Shown one piece after another: positions 59,874 through 64,000 of a stretch of DNA of 64,000 bases. The notes beneath the pieces were generated by a model. It saw only the letters and a list, made by a program, of their open reading frames with translations. It did not search any database and was not told the origin of the DNA. Every line of letters starts with the position of its first letter. Positions within the stretch are counted from its first letter, which is position 1. The DNA lies in assembly GCA_018712065.1 (NCBI GenBank), contig DVHL01000010.1:3028-67027 (forward strand). The letters run 5' to 3'. The translations under genes were made by a program, and so were the position numbers. The stretch is from Candidatus Fimimonas gallinarum. GTDB taxonomy: Bacteria > Bacillota > Clostridia > Christensenellales > CAG-314.

Positions 59874-61533
59874 TTTCACGCTTTTGCGCGCGCTGTTCCG
59901 CAAACAGCGTCAGGAGCGGCTTTCCGCCTTCAAAAAGAACTTCGATTTCGTGGGATTTGTCATGCGCATAGTGCTGTACGGCGCATTGATAGCGGTGCTT
60001 TCGGTGTTTCTGGCGCGGTTTGCCGATATGTATCTGGACGTAATGGTAAACTACGAAATCAACCCCGCCGAGCGCGCCTACGAGGTGCTGACCTTGTGCT
60101 ATTCGGCGGTGCTGGCGCTGATGGTGCTTTCCGCCGTGGCGCAGATAAACCGCGAGCTGTTTTTCGGCGACGACGTCAGGATACTTTCCGCCCTGCCCGT
60201 AAACGCCAAAACGCTGTACGTTTCCAAGCTTGCCTCCATCTATCTGGGGCAGGCGGCGTTTTCCGCAGTGACCGTCACGCCCATCAGCATTGCGCTGGGC
60301 AGCGTGCTGCCACAGGGCGCGTGGTTTTGGTGTATGACGGCGGTGGCGGTGTTCACCCTGCCGCTGGTATCGCTGGGCATTGCCTCGTTGCTTGCCCTTC
60401 CCTACTACTATCTGCGGCTTATTCTGCGCCGCAGGTACGTTTTGAATTTCGTGGTTGTCACGCTGACAACGGCGGCGCTGATAGCGGTGTATTGGGCGTT
60501 GCTGGAAGGCATAAAACAACTGCTTTTGGGGGACGACCTCAAATACTTTTTCAACGAAAAGGTAATGAGCGGCATAGCGGCTACGGTGCACGCGCTGTTC
60601 CCCGCCAACTGCATAGCCTCCTTCGTGCTGGGCAGGTACGCCCTGTCCTCGGCGGGTTGGGTGGCGCTGCTGCTGGCAATATGCACGGCGGTGGGGCTGG
60701 TGTTCACCCGCCTGCTGCTGGTGCGCTCCATGCAGCAGTGCATAGGCGGCGTTCCCCGCTACCGTGGCAGACGGCGCCCCTTCGGCAAAGCAAAAAAGCC
60801 CTTTGCGGCGTTGGTAAAAAAGGAATTTCTTGCCATTTTCCGCACGCCTAACTACTCCTTTTCCTACTTTTCGATGGCGCTGGTACAGCCTCTCATGGTG
60901 TATCTGTGCATGTCCGTAGGTTCCTCGCTGGTGGTGCAGCTGCTGGGCATAGCCTGCAACTGGGAAATAGCGGTGTTTCTCACCCTGCTGTTCGGGTGTC
61001 TGGCAAATATGTTCTGCACCACAAACGTCAGCCGCGACGGGGCGATGTTTTTCTCCGTCAAGGCAATGCCGCTGAGCGGCAAAGCCGTCATGTACTCCAA
61101 GATGGCTTTGTGCATGGTGGTCACCGCCGCTTCGCAGTTGTTCTCCGCCCTGCTTTTGGGCGTTACGGGCAGCCTTGCGTGGTACTACGCGGCGTATCTG
61201 TTCGCGCTGGGCACCGCCTTCGGCTTTGCGCAGGTGTGTCTGGCAACGGCTATCGACTTCCGCCGTCCGCATTTTGCCGTGGCAAAAGGCAATGCGGAGG
61301 AGGGCAACACCGTCAGCACCGTCGCGCTTTTGGGCATAGCCATAGCCTTCGTGGTGGGCATCTGCCTGCTGGTGCTGCGCATGGCAATTTCCCTTCGCAA
61401 CCTCAAAAATCTGGAATTTTTGTCCTACGTCGTTTGCGCCGTGGCGGCGGTGGCGGCTGCGACTGTGGGGGCTGTGTGCCTCACGCACAGGCTGGAAGAC
61501 AAATACTACAACTTCGAGGGCAGCGCGCACTGA
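59857..61533 (+). CDS. ABC-2 type exporter permease (fused double permease)
   Basis: About 14 TM segments; D..ILSALPV..K, KKEF..IFR.P, SRDG...VK.MP motifs. Confidence 0.85.
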   Translation: MKQKIDFTLLRALFRKQRQERLSAFKKNFDFVGFVMRIVLYGALIAVLSVFLARFADMYLDVMVNYEINPAERAYEVLTLCYSAVLALMVLSAVAQINRELFFGDDVRILSALPVNAKTLYVSKLASIYLGQAAFSAVTVTPISIALGSVLPQGAWFWCMTAVAVFTLPLVSLGIASLLALPYYYLRLILRRRYVLNFVVVTLTTAALIAVYWALLEGIKQLLLGDDLKYFFNEKVMSGIAATVHALFPANCIASFVLGRYALSSAGWVALLLAICTAVGLVFTRLLLVRSMQQCIGGVPRYRGRRRPFGKAKKPFAALVKKEFLAIFRTPNYSFSYFSMALVQPLMVYLCMSVGSSLVVQLLGIACNWEIAVFLTLLFGCLANMFCTTNVSRDGAMFFSVKAMPLSGKAVMYSKMALCMVVTAASQLFSALLLGVTGSLAWYYAAYLFALGTAFGFAQVCLATAIDFRRPHFAVAKGNAEEGNTVSTVALLGIAIAFVVGICLLVLRMAISLRNLKNLEFLSYVVCAVAAVAAATVGAVCLTHRLEDKYYNFEGSAH

Positions 61534-61733
61534 CGGGCAAATTGCACGAAGGCTGCGTTGTGAGCGGCTTCGGCAATAGCGTTCGACGCCCTTTCAACCC
61601 GACCGACGTGCGGCAGCCCCGCAACAACGGCGGTGCGCTTTGAATATACACAAACGACTATGACAATGACAACAAAAATTTTATGCAAAACGCAGCGCAA
61701 TGCGCTTTTTTACAATGGTAAGGGAGGTAACGA

Positions 61734-64000
61734 ATGAAAAAGAACGTAATAGCGTTGATGCTGGTTCTGCCTTTGCTGTTCGTGTTCACGGTGTTTTCCT
61801 CCGGCAACGTGGCAAGCCTCGGCGTGTCCGTTTCTGTAAACGGCGTGGAAATTCTCAACTCGCCGCAAAACGACACTTTGCACGTCGATCTGGTAAGCTA
61901 TAACGGCGATTTTGCGCTGGACGTCAAGGTCACTCCGGAAAACGCCTCCGACAAAAAGGTGTCCTTCGTGGTGGAGGAGGTGCCCGGCTCCGCCTTTGCC
62001 GACGTTTCCGTAAGCGAAGCGGGCGTCGTCACGGCAAAAAGCACGGGCATTGCCCGCATAAGCGCAGTCACTAACGACGGCGGCTACCGCGACAACATAA
62101 CCGTCAACGTCACTTCCTCCAAGCCCTACGGCATGAACGTTTCTCTCTACGGCTTAAACAGCGACGAAAATCTGCTTACGCCCACGGCGAACGGCTACAC
62201 CGCGCAGGTAACTACCGGCACCTACCGCTACGAAACCTCGCTGTATCCCGAAGGCTACGGCGTAAAGGCGGAGGTGCAAAGCGGCTTCGCCGTGATAGAC
62301 GGCAACGCCGGCACGTTGCTTTTGCCCTTCTCGGGCGAAACGGTGGTGGATTTTTACTACGACAACGGCGCCTTCGGCGTCATACGCAAGCGGGTGACGC
62401 TTTCGGTGCGGCAGTCGTCGGAAAGCGGGCTGACCGTAAACGGCGAGGAAAGCTGCACTTTGGCATTGGAGCAGGGCAGCACGTCCTGTGCCTTCTACGT
62501 GCAGGCACAGCAATCTCCCGTGGTCAAAGAAAACGCATACGTACAGGGTTTTTCCGTACAGCAGTTGCAGCAAAACTGCTACAAAGTGGCCGTCGAGCTT
62601 TCTCCCGACGCCACCGACACCGTTTTGGAAGTGGCTGTGGGAGACAAGACGGCTTTTGTAAACGTGGTATATGCCGAATTTGCCTTTTCCGTGCGCGGCG
62701 ACGTGGCGGTAACGGATGACAGCGCGGTGGTGCTGGCAGGCTCTCCCGTCACCTTCTATGCCGTGGCAGAGGTTGCTGCGGAAAACGTCACCTATCGGTG
62801 GAACGGCGACGGGTTGCGGCTGGACGAGTCGCAGGACGGCGCTTCCTGCACGGTTACTGCGGCGCAGGCAGGCAGCTATTCCCTTACCGTCACCGCATTG
62901 AAAAACGGCGTGGCAATGGATATCTACCCCGTTACGTTGTCCGTTCAGGCGGTGGTGCCCGTGTCCTCCGTGCAGTTTAAGAGCGTAGCCTCGGGGCTGG
63001 CAATGCAGCGCGCCGTGGCAGGCTACAAGTACAGCGACAGCAGCCTTGTGCGCAACAGCTTCACGGTAGATTTCTTTGCCTACTACAACGGTCAGACGGT
63101 GCAAAACGCCTTGCAATATATGGACGTAGAGTACGACGAAAAAATTGCCTACGTGGAAATTTCCCAAAGCGGCATAATCGTCACTCCCAAAGCCAAAGGG
63201 GAGGTTACCGTTTCCGTCAGGTGGAAGGGCAACGCCTCCTTCGGCACCGACGTGGGAGCGCAGGTGACGTTATTGTGTCTTCCCGACGCGGTGGCCGTTT
63301 CCACAAGCGATCAGGCGTTTGCCGCTTCCAAGGCGGGGCTTGCCATGGTGCTGGAAAATGACGTCGTGCTGGGCACGGCGGAGGACGGCAGCGTGTATTC
63401 GGTGGAGGAGCGCAAAGCCATGATGGGCACAATGCAGTCCACCTACAATACTCAGTACTTCCACAACGTCGGTCAGGCGGAGCAGGCAAAGGTAAACTAC
63501 GTGCTGGAATTCCGCAACGACGTGTACGGTAACGGCTATTCCATAAACGCCATGCACTTCACCGCCGTCAAGGATTCCTCCGGCGTAAGCCAGATTTTCC
63601 GCGGGCCGCTGCACTTTGTCAGCTACGGTCAGGTGGCTTCGGTGGCGGGGCAGGATAACTCGGCATATCTGGTGCGCACTGACGGCATTACGCTGTGCAA
63701 CGTAACGCTGCTGGGCTGTTCGGACGAAACGCTGTCCGACGGCAAAGGGGGCTACGACCTCTCCGCCCTCAACGAAACGGGCACCGTGCTGGAAGTCAAC
63801 GCCGATTGCAGCATTATCAACTGCCGCATACGCAACGGCAGAAACGGCGTAAGAATTTACGGCGGCAACAGGCAGGGCAACGGCTACTTTATTCAAAGTC
63901 TGGCGCAAAACGACGGCGCATGTCGTCACCGTGCCGACGTCACCATCGAAGGGTGCATAATTTCACAGGCGAGGGAGTTTTTGGTAAAGATAGGCTCCAA
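61734..64000 (+). CDS. Large secreted protein with Big_2-type Ig-like domain and probable beta-helix region (3' truncated by window; absent from the ORF track)
   Basis: RBS gggagg, ATG 61734: MKKNVIALMLVLPLLFVFTVFS...VTPENASDKKVSF...GVVTAKSTGIARISAVTNDGG; I translated the N-terminus, and the frame appears open to the window end. Confidence 0.8.
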   Translation, partial: MKKNVIALMLVLPLLFVFTVFSSGNVASLGVSVSVNGVEILNSPQNDTLHVDLVSYNGDFALDVKVTPENASDKKVSFVVEEVPGSAFADVSVSEAGVVTAKSTGIARISAVTNDGGYRDNITVNVTSSKPYGMNVSLYGLNSDENLLTPTANGYTAQVTTGTYRYETSLYPEGYGVKAEVQSGFAVIDGNAGTLLLPFSGETVVDFYYDNGAFGVIRKRVTLSVRQSSESGLTVNGEESCTLALEQGSTSCAFYVQAQQSPVVKENAYVQGFSVQQLQQNCYKVAVELSPDATDTVLEVAVGDKTAFVNVVYAEFAFSVRGDVAVTDDSAVVLAGSPVTFYAVAEVAAENVTYRWNGDGLRLDESQDGASCTVTAAQAGSYSLTVTALKNGVAMDIYPVTLSVQAVVPVSSVQFKSVASGLAMQRAVAGYKYSDSSLVRNSFTVDFFAYYNGQTVQNALQYMDVEYDEKIAYVEISQSGIIVTPKAKGEVTVSVRWKGNASFGTDVGAQVTLLCLPDAVAVSTSDQAFAASKAGLAMVLENDVVLGTAEDGSVYSVEERKAMMGTMQSTYNTQYFHNVGQAEQAKVNYVLEFRNDVYGNGYSINAMHFTAVKDSSGVSQIFRGPLHFVSYGQVASVAGQDNSAYLVRTDGITLCNVTLLGCSDETLSDGKGGYDLSALNETGTVLEVNADCSIINCRIRNGRNGVRIYGGNRQGNGYFIQSLAQNDGACRHRADVTIEGCIISQAREFLVKIGS

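Overview
Chromosomal window from an uncultured-type Clostridia (Bacillota) genome; the ispH-S1 fusion, pdaB-ssb pair, yloU-fakA and T-box valS point to this, while any finer placement would be inference. Most of it is housekeeping (aroH, plsC, ispH/rpsA, rpsO, pnp, rpmB, fakA, rnj, trmR/U32, asd-dapA-dapB, hslO, valS). The standout is an ~8.9-kb, apparently intact, podovirus-type DNA-packaging and head module at 19221-28090 (TerL, HTH-less TerS-like protein, Zn-finger ORF, portal, scaffold, major capsid, adaptor-like, nozzle-like, coiled-coil). It has no recognisable integrase, replication, repressor, tail-fibre or lysis genes and sits among host genes. About 1.7 kb upstream is a RinA/ArpU-like activator whose promoter carries a canonical Firmicutes LexA box and three Spo0A-box matches. 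This is a candidate host-regulated, domesticated phage module or gene transfer agent (inference). Other points: many locus-specific intergenic tandem duplications, a Cys-rich insert in DapA, a solitary MazF, and a GC-richer surface-protein/ABC block from ~53.3 kb to the window end.
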